This document shows positions 54,504 to 63,789 of a stretch of 64,000 nucleotides of DNA, piece after piece. The first letter of the stretch is position 1. Each line of letters opens with the position of its first letter. The notes under the pieces are model-generated. The model ran no database searches and was not told the DNA's origin. It was given only the letters and a program-made list of their open reading frames with translations. A program made the position numbers and the translations under genes. Origin of the DNA: Salegentibacter sp. (lineage in GTDB: Bacteria > Bacteroidota > Bacteroidia > Flavobacteriales > Flavobacteriaceae); NCBI RefSeq assembly GCF_036568425.1, contig NZ_DATCSO010000101.1, forward strand, positions 29,624 to 93,623, written 5' to 3'.

Positions 54504-56786
54504 ATGCTTAACAGAAAAATCATATTAAAAACTTTAGTGCTTGTTATTGCCGGGATTCTTGTGCAAGCCTGTAATGTAAAGCGTTTCATTCCTGAAGATG
54601 AGCTCCTTTATACCGGCGCAGAAATTAAGCTGGAGGCAGAAGACAGTATAAAAGCGCAGAACAGGATAAAAGACGAAATTGAAGCAGTACTAACCCCAGA
54701 CCCAAACACAAAAATTTTGGGAAGCCGTCCCGGATTGTATTTCCATTATAAAGCACAACGGGAAAAACCGGGATTCATCAATAAATTCCTGAATGATAAA
54801 ATAGGAGAGGAGCCGGTTTACACTTCAGATGTAGATTTGAGCCAAACTTCAGATTTAATTAATAACCGCCTTGAAAATCGTGGTTTTTTCTACAGTGACA
54901 TTGGTGCCTCAATTGAAGAGGATTCTACAGCAAAAAAAGCTAAGGCGATCTATAAAGTTAATTTATCCAGGCCCTATAGACTGGAAAATTTTGAACTGGA
55001 TACCGATTCCCTGGATATATATCCGGAAATTAAAAAAAGTCTCAACGATACCTATATCGAACCAGGAATGAGATTTGACCTCACTATCCTTAAAGCCGAA
55101 CGGGAAAGAATAGATAAACATCTAAAAAGCCGTGGTTATTATAACTTTAATCCCTCCTTTTTGATTTTTGAAGCAGATACCAATCAATATGATAACAAAA
55201 AATTCAATCTTTATTTGAAACTCAAGAAAAAGGTTCCGAAGCAAGCTATAATCCCTTATAGAATTGAAAAGGTAAATATCTATGCTAATTACGAAGTAGG
55301 AGCCGATAGTATTCCACGGGATACGCTAAGATATGGGAACAAAAATTTTATTCAGGAGCCGGAATTTTTTAAACCAAAATATCTTGAGCCCTATATTTTG
55401 ATTGAGGAGGGGCAATATTTTAATCCGGATGATTCGCGTAATACCGGCAGAAGGCTTGGTTCAATTGGTGCTTACAAATTCGTGAATATTCGTTATAAAG
55501 AAACAGATACCATAACTAAAGATAGTCTTGGTAATCTGGAAGCCAATATTTATTTATCACCCCTTAATAAAAGATCAATAAGAGCTGAATTACAGGCTGT
55601 AACAAAATCCAATAATTTTGCTGGTCCAGGTCTTGCGATCACTTTTACCAACCGAAATTTATTTCATGGGGGAGAGATTCTCAATATCACAGGGAAATTC
55701 AATTATGAAAAACAGGTTTCCGGGGGAGATCAGCGCGGTTTAAGCAGTACCCAACTTGGCCTTGAAACCGATCTGATATTTCCGCGTTTATTATTTCCTG
55801 TGAAAATAGACCATCATTGGTTTAGATATTCTATTCCTAAAACCAAAGTAAGTTTAGGCGGTGATTATTTAAACCGAAGCAAGCTTTTTAGTATGCTCTC
55901 TGCCTCGGCCAGGTTTGGTTATTATTGGGATGCCAATCGTTATGTTAGTCACGAATTTAACCCTATCTCCCTAAATTACCTGAGATTGGCTAACACTACT
56001 CAAGAGTTTAGAGATATTCTGGATGATAATCCTTATTTGCGCAATAGCTTTAATCAGGAATTTATTTCTGGCTTAACCTATTCTTTTATTTACAACGGGC
56101 ATATAGACCCATGGAAAAAGCATCAGTTTTTCCTGCATTCCACTCTTGATGTCGCGGGAAACAGTGTAGATCTATTAAGCAATAAAGACGATCCCAGGCC
56201 ACGCAATTTTTTAGGTTTGGAATATGCACAATATGCTAAAGCCGATATTGATTTTAGGTACCATTTTCTAATAAAGGGAGAAAGCAAAATAGCAACCAGG
56301 ATATTTGCCGGATATGGAATTCCGTATGGTAATTCTGAAGTTTTACCATTTACCAAGCAATATTTTGCTGGAGGTCCATATAGCGTAAGAGCATTCAGGA
56401 TACGATCTTTAGGCCCCGGAACTTATAATCCGGAAGAAAGTGATGAAAGTTCCTTCTTTGACCAGGCAGGAAACATCCGGCTGGAAGCAAATGCCGAATA
56501 CAGATTTCCTATAGTATCATTTCTGAAAGGTGCTGTTTTTGTAGATGCCGGAAATGTTTGGAACAGTAAATCTAATGAGGAATTGCCGGGAGGAAAATTT
56601 GGTTCAGACTTTTTAAATGAGCTAGGAATTGGCGGAGGAGCTGGCCTAAGAGTAGATATTCAAAATTTCGTTATTCGTTTTGATCTTGCTATTCCCTTTC
56701 ATAATCCCGGCTTAGATAAAGGGGAGCGCTGGACTTTTGCGATAGATGAACCAGTGCTTAATTTTGCGATTGGTTATCCTTTCTAA
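54504..56786 (+). CDS. tamL: Omp85-family outer-membrane protein, lipoprotein TamL-type partner of TamB
   Basis: Lipobox ILVQAC, POTRA-like N-terminal region, and a C-terminal beta-barrel ending in the aromatic IGYPF. Confidence 0.75.
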   Translation: MLNRKIILKTLVLVIAGILVQACNVKRFIPEDELLYTGAEIKLEAEDSIKAQNRIKDEIEAVLTPDPNTKILGSRPGLYFHYKAQREKPGFINKFLNDKIGEEPVYTSDVDLSQTSDLINNRLENRGFFYSDIGASIEEDSTAKKAKAIYKVNLSRPYRLENFELDTDSLDIYPEIKKSLNDTYIEPGMRFDLTILKAERERIDKHLKSRGYYNFNPSFLIFEADTNQYDNKKFNLYLKLKKKVPKQAIIPYRIEKVNIYANYEVGADSIPRDTLRYGNKNFIQEPEFFKPKYLEPYILIEEGQYFNPDDSRNTGRRLGSIGAYKFVNIRYKETDTITKDSLGNLEANIYLSPLNKRSIRAELQAVTKSNNFAGPGLAITFTNRNLFHGGEILNITGKFNYEKQVSGGDQRGLSSTQLGLETDLIFPRLLFPVKIDHHWFRYSIPKTKVSLGGDYLNRSKLFSMLSASARFGYYWDANRYVSHEFNPISLNYLRLANTTQEFRDILDDNPYLRNSFNQEFISGLTYSFIYNGHIDPWKKHQFFLHSTLDVAGNSVDLLSNKDDPRPRNFLGLEYAQYAKADIDFRYHFLIKGESKIATRIFAGYGIPYGNSEVLPFTKQYFAGGPYSVRAFRIRSLGPGTYNPEESDESSFFDQAGNIRLEANAEYRFPIVSFLKGAVFVDAGNVWNSKSNEELPGGKFGSDFLNELGIGGGAGLRVDIQNFVIRFDLAIPFHNPGLDKGERWTFAIDEPVLNFAIGYPF

Positions 56787-57442
56787 TGCTGCACTTTTTC
56801 ACCATAGCAGAGATCTCCAGCATCGCCCAGGCCAGGAACAATATAGCCATGCTCGTTTAGTTTTTTATCTATGGCCGCGATCCATAATTTTGTATTTTCA
56901 GGAAAATTTTGAGAAATATATTCTACTCCTTCCTCGGCGCCAATCACAGAAACAAGATGAATTTGTTTTGGAGTACCCATTTCCTGTAAAGCATTAAAAA
57001 CATTCACAAAAGACCGGCCTGTAGCCAGCATCGGGTCAGCGAGAATAAGGGTTTTTCCTTCCAAAGAAGGGGAGGCGAGATATTCTACTATTATTTCAAA
57101 TCTTTCATCATCAAAAGGATGATGGCGATAAGCAGAAATAAAGGAGTTTTCGGCCTCATCAAAATAGTTAAGTAATCCTTCATGCAATGGCAATCCCGCT
57201 CTCAAAATACTGCAAATCACAATATCTTTTTCGGGAAGATGCATTGATGCAGCGCCCAAAGGGCTATTGATGTCAATCTTATTATAATTTAGGGATTTAC
57301 TTAACTCGTATCCTAGAATTTCTCCCAATCTTTGAATATTTCTTCTGAACCGCATTCTATCCCTTTGAATGCTTACGTCCCTTAATTCGGCTAAAAATTT
57401 GGATGCGATGGAATTTTGTTCCAAAAGGTGTTGAACCTGCAT
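56783..57442 (-). CDS. upp: Uracil phosphoribosyltransferase
   Basis: PRPP-binding loop LILADPMLATGRS and C-terminal YIVPGLGDAGD. Confidence 0.92.
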   Translation of the reverse strand: MQVQHLLEQNSIASKFLAELRDVSIQRDRMRFRRNIQRLGEILGYELSKSLNYNKIDINSPLGAASMHLPEKDIVICSILRAGLPLHEGLLNYFDEAENSFISAYRHHPFDDERFEIIVEYLASPSLEGKTLILADPMLATGRSFVNVFNALQEMGTPKQIHLVSVIGAEEGVEYISQNFPENTKLWIAAIDKKLNEHGYIVPGLGDAGDLCYGEKVQH

Positions 57443-57458
57443 TTTTTATGAATTTTAG

Positions 57459-57466
57459 CAAATATA
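57459..57466 (-). promoter_or_regulatory. Candidate -7 element TAnnTTTG (TATATTTG on minus strand)
   Basis: CAAATATA on the plus strand, 16 nt upstream of the upp ATG. Confidence 0.45.
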
Positions 57467-57532
57467 AGAAATACAACACCCAATTTAGATTAAAATTAAT
57501 TCCCGTAATTTCGTAATCTCTTAATTTGGCTA

Positions 57533-57540
57533 TATTTTTG
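57533..57540 (+). promoter_or_regulatory. Candidate -7 element TAnnTTTG (TATTTTTG)
   Basis: Exact match, 30 nt upstream of ATG 57571. The track start at 57526 lies upstream of it. Confidence 0.4.
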
Positions 57541-57570
57541 ATATATATCGCTCAAATTCAATTCAGTTAT

Positions 57571-58188
57571 ATGAAATCGGGACTACTATTTTTTATTATG
57601 TTATTGGCAGGACTGGGAACTTATGCCCAGATCGAGATTCCCAGGACAACAAATACCGGAGGACTATTAAAAGCCGAACCCGAAGCAAAAACTGGCTTTC
57701 CTATAATTAAGGCTGAGGAACCTAAAGAGAGTAAATATCTTCGCAAGGATAAACCCAAAACAATCGATTTCAGGCAAACTAATGATGAGTTAATTACCGC
57801 CGGGGAAGTGGTTGAAAAGAAATGGGAAAAAGACCGCGATATAAAAAACGCGTATAAAGAAAATCAATATCTGGGGGATTTTACAACTGGAGGAAAATTT
57901 GTGGAATTGTATGCCCGGGATCACGAATATGTTGATGGAGATAAAGTAAGGGTTATTATTAATGGCGTTGAAATACGCAGCATTAGTCTTGGTGCAGGTT
58001 ATTATCCCATCCTTGCGAAACTTGAAAGTGGCTTTAATAATATTGAATTTGAAGCCTTAAACCAGGGTACATCTGGGCCTAATACTGCTGAACTTAAAGT
58101 ATTGGATGAAGATGGTAAACTTGTGACTACCAAGGTCTGGAATCTTCTTACCGGCGCCAAAGCAAGCCTTATTGTTGTAAAAAAATAA
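57571..58188 (+). CDS. Hypothetical secreted protein
   Basis: The start chosen at ATG 57571 gives the signal peptide MKSGLLFFIMLLAGLGTYAQ. No recognised motif. Confidence 0.5.
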   Translation: MKSGLLFFIMLLAGLGTYAQIEIPRTTNTGGLLKAEPEAKTGFPIIKAEEPKESKYLRKDKPKTIDFRQTNDELITAGEVVEKKWEKDRDIKNAYKENQYLGDFTTGGKFVELYARDHEYVDGDKVRVIINGVEIRSISLGAGYYPILAKLESGFNNIEFEALNQGTSGPNTAELKVLDEDGKLVTTKVWNLLTGAKASLIVVKK

Positions 58189-58330
58189 CTACTGGTCTTA
58201 ACAGAATCACCTGTATTTTTACTAACTTTAATAGATGTACAGAAGCTTAGGTAACATTTGTTACACTATGAGTTGTGCAATAATTTTATATTCGGGCGCT
58301 TCACTAAATTAACAGGCTTGCAATTAAATT

Positions 58331-59359
58331 ATGGATAAATTAAACATATTTAAGACTATATCTAAGATTTTTCTTGGATTTATTGTATTTATCGTACTCT
58401 TGTTTGGAGGACTTATTCTCTTTGTTGAATCTCCAGAACTCTTTATTAAGGATAAGATCGCTGCTGCCGATTGGGAGCCCAAAACTGTAGATGAAGATCT
58501 TAAATATAATATTTTAGATAGTGAAGTTGAATATGGGTATCGTTTAGTAGCTGAATCTGCCAAATTCATGGGGCCTGGTGCAGATCAACCCGAAATGCGC
58601 TATGCCGGCAATAATCTGGCTTGTGTAAATTGCCATTTAAAAAATGGTACCCAGGCTGGCTCCGGATCCTGGGTAGGTGTTTTGGAAAGGTTTCCTTATT
58701 ACTCCAATAGGGATGGAAAAGAATCTACAATTCAAGACAGAATAAACGGTTGTATGGAACGCAGTATGAATGGAAGAAAACTCCCCATAGACTCTAAAGA
58801 AATGAGTGCCATAGTTGCTTATATGGATTATATAAGTGAAGGTATACCCGAAGAAAGAAAAGCTGAATTTAAAGGTTATCCTCCTATTGAACTTCCGAAT
58901 TTTCCCGCCGATCCAGAAATAGGTAAAGATTTATATGCTAAAGAGTGTGCGGTTTGTCATGGGGAAGACGGGCAGGGGCAGAGGCTGGCCGAAGCTGAAA
59001 AAGGCTATTTGTACCCGCCACTTTGGGGTGACGATACTTTTAATCACGGGGCAGGTATGCACCGGGTGATTACTGCAGCGGAATTTATAAAAAGCAATAT
59101 GCCCTTCGAACAGGCAACCTGGGATAACCCGAAATTAACAGACGAAGAGGCATATCATATTGCAGCCTATATAAACAGTTTCGATAGACCTCAAAAAGCG
59201 AATACCGAAGAGGATTTTCCTGATAAGAAATTTAAACCGGTTTCAACACCCTATGGCCCCTGGGTGGATGATTTTTCTCCTGAACAGCATAAATATGGAC
59301 CTTTCCCACCAATCATTAATTATTACAAGGAAAAATATGGTATTACAAAAAGTAAGTAA
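58331..59359 (+). CDS. Membrane-anchored dihaem c-type cytochrome (TsdA / SoxA-like)
   Basis: Two CxxCH sites (CVNCH, CAVCH). RINGCMERSMNG resembles the Cys-ligand segment of thiosulfate dehydrogenase TsdA. N-terminal TM helix. Confidence 0.6.
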   Translation: MDKLNIFKTISKIFLGFIVFIVLLFGGLILFVESPELFIKDKIAAADWEPKTVDEDLKYNILDSEVEYGYRLVAESAKFMGPGADQPEMRYAGNNLACVNCHLKNGTQAGSGSWVGVLERFPYYSNRDGKESTIQDRINGCMERSMNGRKLPIDSKEMSAIVAYMDYISEGIPEERKAEFKGYPPIELPNFPADPEIGKDLYAKECAVCHGEDGQGQRLAEAEKGYLYPPLWGDDTFNHGAGMHRVITAAEFIKSNMPFEQATWDNPKLTDEEAYHIAAYINSFDRPQKANTEEDFPDKKFKPVSTPYGPWVDDFSPEQHKYGPFPPIINYYKEKYGITKSK

Positions 59360-59365
59360 GGCGGC

Positions 59366-59842
59366 TTAATCAGCCAGGTCCTCTAGGCGTTGAATTTCCG
59401 AAACTGTTGTCCTTATCTCCTGTAATTGCTTTTCCAGCATTGCTTTGGTTTCTGGAGAAAAGGCCGTTTTCTCTAATTTTTTTTCATATTCCTTCAGGCT
59501 TGCTTTTTCCCCTCGAAGACATTCTTCCAGAACCGCTTCATCATCATCTTTGGTGAATAGGGTTTTAAGGTCTATCCAGGTACGATGTAAATCTGCCGTT
59601 GCGCTACCTTTTTCTTTTGGTTCTGCATTGAGAGCTCTTAATGCCTTATGAATTTCGGTCGCAAACCTATTTCGCCTTACCGCTTGTTTCATTAGAAATT
59701 CTTTTAAATTCTCACTGTCTGCTTCTTCCAAAACTTTTTTATAGCCTTTTTCAGCATCATAGTTTTTCTCTAAAAGTTCTTGCAAACTATGGATTCGCTC
59801 CTTTTGGCTTTCTTCTTTGGCAGATTCTCTTGTGGTTTTCAT
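59366..59842 (-). CDS. PA2169/DUF2383-family four-helix-bundle (ferritin-like) protein
   Basis: 158 aa, all-helical, with NYDAEKGYKKVLEEA...RRNRFATEI typical of DUF2383. Confidence 0.6.
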   Translation of the reverse strand: MKTTRESAKEESQKERIHSLQELLEKNYDAEKGYKKVLEEADSENLKEFLMKQAVRRNRFATEIHKALRALNAEPKEKGSATADLHRTWIDLKTLFTKDDDEAVLEECLRGEKASLKEYEKKLEKTAFSPETKAMLEKQLQEIRTTVSEIQRLEDLAD

Positions 59843-59985
59843 AATTAGTTCATTTTAAAAAGGTTAATACCTTTAAATTTACGACTTCGGTATTTAACAA
59901 CCATTGGTTTTAAATGGGTTTTAACAGAATTTGATTTAAAATATTCTTCTTAAATTTATATCGCTAACCACAATCAACTATAGCT

Positions 59986-60444
59986 ATGAAAAAAGTACTT
60001 ATTGCCATAGACTACCATCCCATTTCTGAAGAAGTTGTAAATGCCGGATATGATTTAGCTAAAAAAATGGGGGCAGAAGTATGTCTTATTCACGTACTGG
60101 CCGATGTGGCGTATTACGGCATGCAATATCAACCTTTTTTGGGTTATGAAGGCTATAATGAAACAGCAATAGATCTAAACGTTGCTTCAGAAATGAGAGA
60201 GGTAGCGGAAGATTATCTGGATAAAGCCGCAGCGCATTTAAATGATGAAAAAGTAGGGAAACATCTTGCTGAAGGAGATACAGCTCGGGCAATCCTGGAT
60301 TATGCCGAAAAATGGCCGGCAGATCTAATTGTAATGGGAACCCATAGTCATTCTTTTCTGGAGAAACTCTTTGTGGGAACAGTGGCGGCACAGGTACTGG
60401 AAAAGACAAAAATTCCTGTTTATATGGTGCCTGTGAAAAAATAA
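59986..60444 (+). CDS. Universal stress protein (UspA family)
   Basis: KVLIAIDYHP, ADLIVMGTHSHS and GTVAAQVLEKTKIPVYMV. Confidence 0.88.
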   Translation: MKKVLIAIDYHPISEEVVNAGYDLAKKMGAEVCLIHVLADVAYYGMQYQPFLGYEGYNETAIDLNVASEMREVAEDYLDKAAAHLNDEKVGKHLAEGDTARAILDYAEKWPADLIVMGTHSHSFLEKLFVGTVAAQVLEKTKIPVYMVPVKK

Positions 60445-60552
60445 ATTGCTTTTCTTTTTTTCTTTAAAGAAAATTTTTCCTTTTAAACCCATAAAAAGTT
60501 GATTTTATGAGTTTAAAATACATTTTAATTAGGATAAGCTGAAGCCAGGCAC

Positions 60553-60560
60553 TAATTTTG
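60553..60560 (+). promoter_or_regulatory. Candidate -7 element TAnnTTTG (TAATTTTG) implying a ~160-nt 5' leader
   Basis: Exact match, 166 nt upstream of the cold-shock-domain gene ATG. It is the only exact match in the 282-nt gap. Confidence 0.4.
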
Positions 60561-60726
60561 CACACTAAGAAATATAATGCAATAGTTGTATTTTCGATTA
60601 TAAAACATTATAATATCCTTATTACATCGCAAAGCAGCTTTCGGGTTAAACCTTACCTGGGAAAAGGCTTTACGGAAGAAAATAAATTTCAAAACAATTA
60701 AATAATCAATAGGTAGTTAAAAACGA

Positions 60727-61167
60727 ATGGCAAAATCGCAACAAACATTTAATAAAATAGAAAAAGAGAAAAAACGTTTAAAAAAGCGGGAAGAGAAAAG
60801 AAAGAAGAAGGAAGAGCGCAAAGCTTCTAATTCTGATAGTCCTGAATTCGCGTATGTAGATCAGTATGGAAATCTTACCGACACACCGCCAGATCCTGAT
60901 CAAAAAGTAGAAGTAGATGCCGAGAGCATTGAAATAGGTGTTCCTAAAAAAGAGGATATGCCAGAAGAAGATCCACAAAGGGAAGGAAAAGTTTCCTTTT
61001 TCGATCATTCTAAAGGCTTTGGTTTCATCCTGGATACTCAAACCCAGGAAAAGTATTTTGTACATATAAGCGGTACTCTTGAAGATATCGATGAAAATGA
61101 CAAGGTGTCTTTTGAACTTGAAAGAGGCATGAAAGGAATGAATGCCGTAAAAGTCAAAAAGATATAA
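60727..61167 (+). CDS. Cold-shock-domain protein with a charged N-terminal extension
   Basis: The C-terminal ~65 aa form a CSD with RNP1 (GKVSFFDHSKGFGFI). The N-terminal ~80 aa are K/E-rich and then acidic. Confidence 0.85.
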   Translation: MAKSQQTFNKIEKEKKRLKKREEKRKKKEERKASNSDSPEFAYVDQYGNLTDTPPDPDQKVEVDAESIEIGVPKKEDMPEEDPQREGKVSFFDHSKGFGFILDTQTQEKYFVHISGTLEDIDENDKVSFELERGMKGMNAVKVKKI

Positions 61168-61180
61168 TTTCAATTCTAAG

Positions 61181-61224
61181 GCTTCGGTATTAAACAGCTT
61201 TTTACCGAAGCTTCTTTATTTTAG
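61181..61224 (+). terminator. Rho-independent terminator
   Basis: GCTTCGGTA-N13-TACCGAAGC followed by TTCTTTATTTT. Confidence 0.65.
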
Positions 61225-61293
61225 GTTATTAAATAGCCTATTACTCTCAGAAGCCGGAATTCACACTTTCCGGTAATTATCATTTTACATCTC

Positions 61294-62616
61294 ATGCAGA
61301 AAACTAAAAAAAATCATCAGGAGATCCTGACTAAGCTCGGTATATCTGAACTTAACCCTATGCAAAAAACAGCGCATAAGGTAATTTTGGAACAAAGAGA
61401 TACTGTTCTTCTTTCTCCAACCGGAACCGGTAAAACCCTTGGGTTTCTTTTACCTTTATTAGAACTGTTGGATCCTGACCTGGATCAGGTGCAAGCCATT
61501 ATTTTGGTGCCCTCAAGGGAGCTAGCCATCCAAATTGAGCAGGTAACCCGGGAAATAGGCTCTGGTTTTAAAACCAATGCTGTTTATGGAGGCCGTGCAT
61601 TTGCTAAAGATAAAGGAGAATTGAATCATCCTCCGGCAATTCTTATTGGAACCCCGGGACGTGTAGCCGATCATATAAGGAGAAATACATTTTCCTTAGA
61701 AGAGATCAAAACTCTAATTCTTGATGAATTTGATAAATCCCTGGAAGTAGGGTTTATGACTGAGATGAGGGAGATTATTGGGAGTTTGATCAGTCTCAAA
61801 AATCGAATTCTAACCTCTGCAACTCAGGAGATTGAAATCCCGGAATTCACCGGAGTTAAGAAACCTATGATACTGAATTTTTTGGAAGGAGGGAGGCCAC
61901 AACTGGAGATTAAAACGGTATCGGTACCAGGGCGTAACAAACTCCCAGGACTGAAAAAGCTTATTAATCAAAATCCTGAATCCACCGGAATAGTTTTCTG
62001 TAATTTTAAAGATAGCATCGCAGAAGTCAGTGATTTTTTCAATAAAAATAAAATTTCTCATGCCTGTTTCTTTGGGGGAATGGAACAAAAAGATAGGGAA
62101 CGGGCCCTGATAAAATTTAGGAATGGAAGTCATAGAATAATAATTGCCACTGATCTGGCTGCACGAGGAATTGATGTGCCTGAGATCGATTTTATAATCC
62201 ATTATCAATTACCTATTAAAAATCAGGAGTTTACACATCGAAATGGAAGAACCGCCCGGATGAATTCCAAAGGTATTGCGTATGTTATGCATGGGGAAAA
62301 TGAAAATTTACCGGATTTTATTCAACCGAACCAGTATAAATGGGATACCGGCACTTTGGTGGGAAGTACAATAAAAACATTCTCAGAACAAACTACCTTA
62401 TTCATTTCCGGAGGGAGAAAAGATAAGATTTCAAAAGGTGATATAGCTGGTTTGTTCCTGAAGCAGGGATTGCTTGAAAAAGATGAACTTGGCCTTATTG
62501 AACTAAAGCAGGATTGCGCTTTTGTTGCTGTACCTGAGCAAAAGGCTGAAGCCCTTATTGCCTCTCTTAATAACTCAAAACTTAAAAAGAAAAAAGTAAG
62601 AATACGTAAAGTTTAA
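61294..62616 (+). CDS. DEAD-box ATP-dependent RNA helicase with a DbpA-type C-terminal RNA-binding domain (motif II is DEFD)
   Basis: Q-motif LNPMQ, motif I SPTGTGKT, Ia PSRELA, Ib TPGR, II DEFD, III SAT, V ARGIDV, VI HRNGRTAR. The C-terminus ISGGRKDKISKGDIAGLF is DbpA-like. Confidence 0.88.
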   Translation: MQKTKKNHQEILTKLGISELNPMQKTAHKVILEQRDTVLLSPTGTGKTLGFLLPLLELLDPDLDQVQAIILVPSRELAIQIEQVTREIGSGFKTNAVYGGRAFAKDKGELNHPPAILIGTPGRVADHIRRNTFSLEEIKTLILDEFDKSLEVGFMTEMREIIGSLISLKNRILTSATQEIEIPEFTGVKKPMILNFLEGGRPQLEIKTVSVPGRNKLPGLKKLINQNPESTGIVFCNFKDSIAEVSDFFNKNKISHACFFGGMEQKDRERALIKFRNGSHRIIIATDLAARGIDVPEIDFIIHYQLPIKNQEFTHRNGRTARMNSKGIAYVMHGENENLPDFIQPNQYKWDTGTLVGSTIKTFSEQTTLFISGGRKDKISKGDIAGLFLKQGLLEKDELGLIELKQDCAFVAVPEQKAEALIASLNNSKLKKKKVRIRKV

Positions 62617-62648
62617 AAGACTTATCTCAAATTTTTCTTAATTGAATT

Positions 62649-62864
62649 ATGGAAAATCACCAGCCAAATAATCCGCTTCACGGGCTTAAGCTTGCTGAAA
62701 TCATGGAATTTCTGGTAAACCAATACGGCTGGGAAGAACTGGGAAAAAGGATAAATATAAAATGCTTTACACAAGATCCTTCAATAAGATCCAGTCTAAA
62801 ATTTCTACGAAAAACGCCTTGGGCAAGAACCAAAGTGGAGAAATTATTTCTCGATTCACATTAG
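62649..62864 (+). CDS. VF530/DUF2132-family small DNA-binding protein
   Basis: 71 aa, [25 protein letters not shown]...[13 protein letters not shown]. Confidence 0.7.
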   Translation: MENHQPNNPLHGLKLAEIMEFLVNQYGWEELGKRINIKCFTQDPSIRSSLKFLRKTPWARTKVEKLFLDSH

Positions 62865-63064
62865 ATATATCACGAAAATTCAATAAAAATCCTAGGTTAA
62901 ATCATGGTGCAGGAAAATCACCCGGAATATCATTTTATTCCAGGTGTACAGTAATAACTTAAAATACAGGGAAATACGTATAAAGTAATAATTAGGATGG
63001 AGCTAACTTGTAGTGTCTTAAGAAAAGTTACTTTGATAATTTTAATTCCTAAAAACCTGTAAAC

Positions 63065-63526
63065 ATGAAAAAATTAATGCGAGTACCTAAAACTAAAAAT
63101 TTACTCTTCTCTTTAATTTTTCTTGCCACGGCATCGCTTTTTGCTCAGGAACCATTTGAAAAATCGGTTGTAATCACTAAAACCGATAAGAGTCTACAAT
63201 GGAGGCCTTGTCCTGAATTTATGCCTGCTGGCTGCGGAATGGCTGTTTTACACGGAGATCCCGGTAAAAAGAATGCTGATATCTTTTTTAAAGTGCCGGC
63301 AAATGCTGAAATACCTATGCATACACATACTTCGGCCGAACGTATGGTATTGGTCTCCGGAGAATTGGAAGTAACTTATGAAGCTGAAGAATCACGAATT
63401 TTAAAAGAAGGAACTTATGCTTACGGGCCGGCTCAAAAAGCTCACAAGGCAAAATGTGGGGATTCGCCCTGTGTTTTATTTATTGCCTTTGAAGAAGCAG
63501 TTGATGTCTTTGCCAGTGATCGGTAA
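63065..63526 (+). CDS. Secreted cupin-domain protein
   Basis: Signal peptide ..ASLFAQ. Cupin-like HTHTSAERMVLVSGELEV. Confidence 0.6.
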   Translation: MKKLMRVPKTKNLLFSLIFLATASLFAQEPFEKSVVITKTDKSLQWRPCPEFMPAGCGMAVLHGDPGKKNADIFFKVPANAEIPMHTHTSAERMVLVSGELEVTYEAEESRILKEGTYAYGPAQKAHKAKCGDSPCVLFIAFEEAVDVFASDR

Positions 63527-63789
63527 GAAAAAAGATTTCCATAAGACAGGTGATAATAATTGTATACCTCTTTTTTAAATTGAATAATCGACATATTGAC
63601 CTATAATTTATATTATGTAAAATAGAATAATTAGAGTCACTACTTTTGTATTCCTTCTTAATTTTTGATCTTCTCCTATAAGTCTAAAGTTTTCTAAAAT
63701 TTGAGCCTAATGCCTATAAGCGCTATTTAATTATTGTAATTTCCTTTTTTCACTGAAATTAATACACAAATAAATTAAATCTGATCTTT

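Noticed and set aside
63641-63789. Metal-sensing riboswitch in a long leader before the CDF transporter (TACTTTTG at 63641-63648, 141 nt upstream of the ATG)
   Set aside because: The intervening sequence is extremely AT-rich with no GC-paired helices like those of known NiCo/czcD-type elements. The promoter match may be fortuitous.
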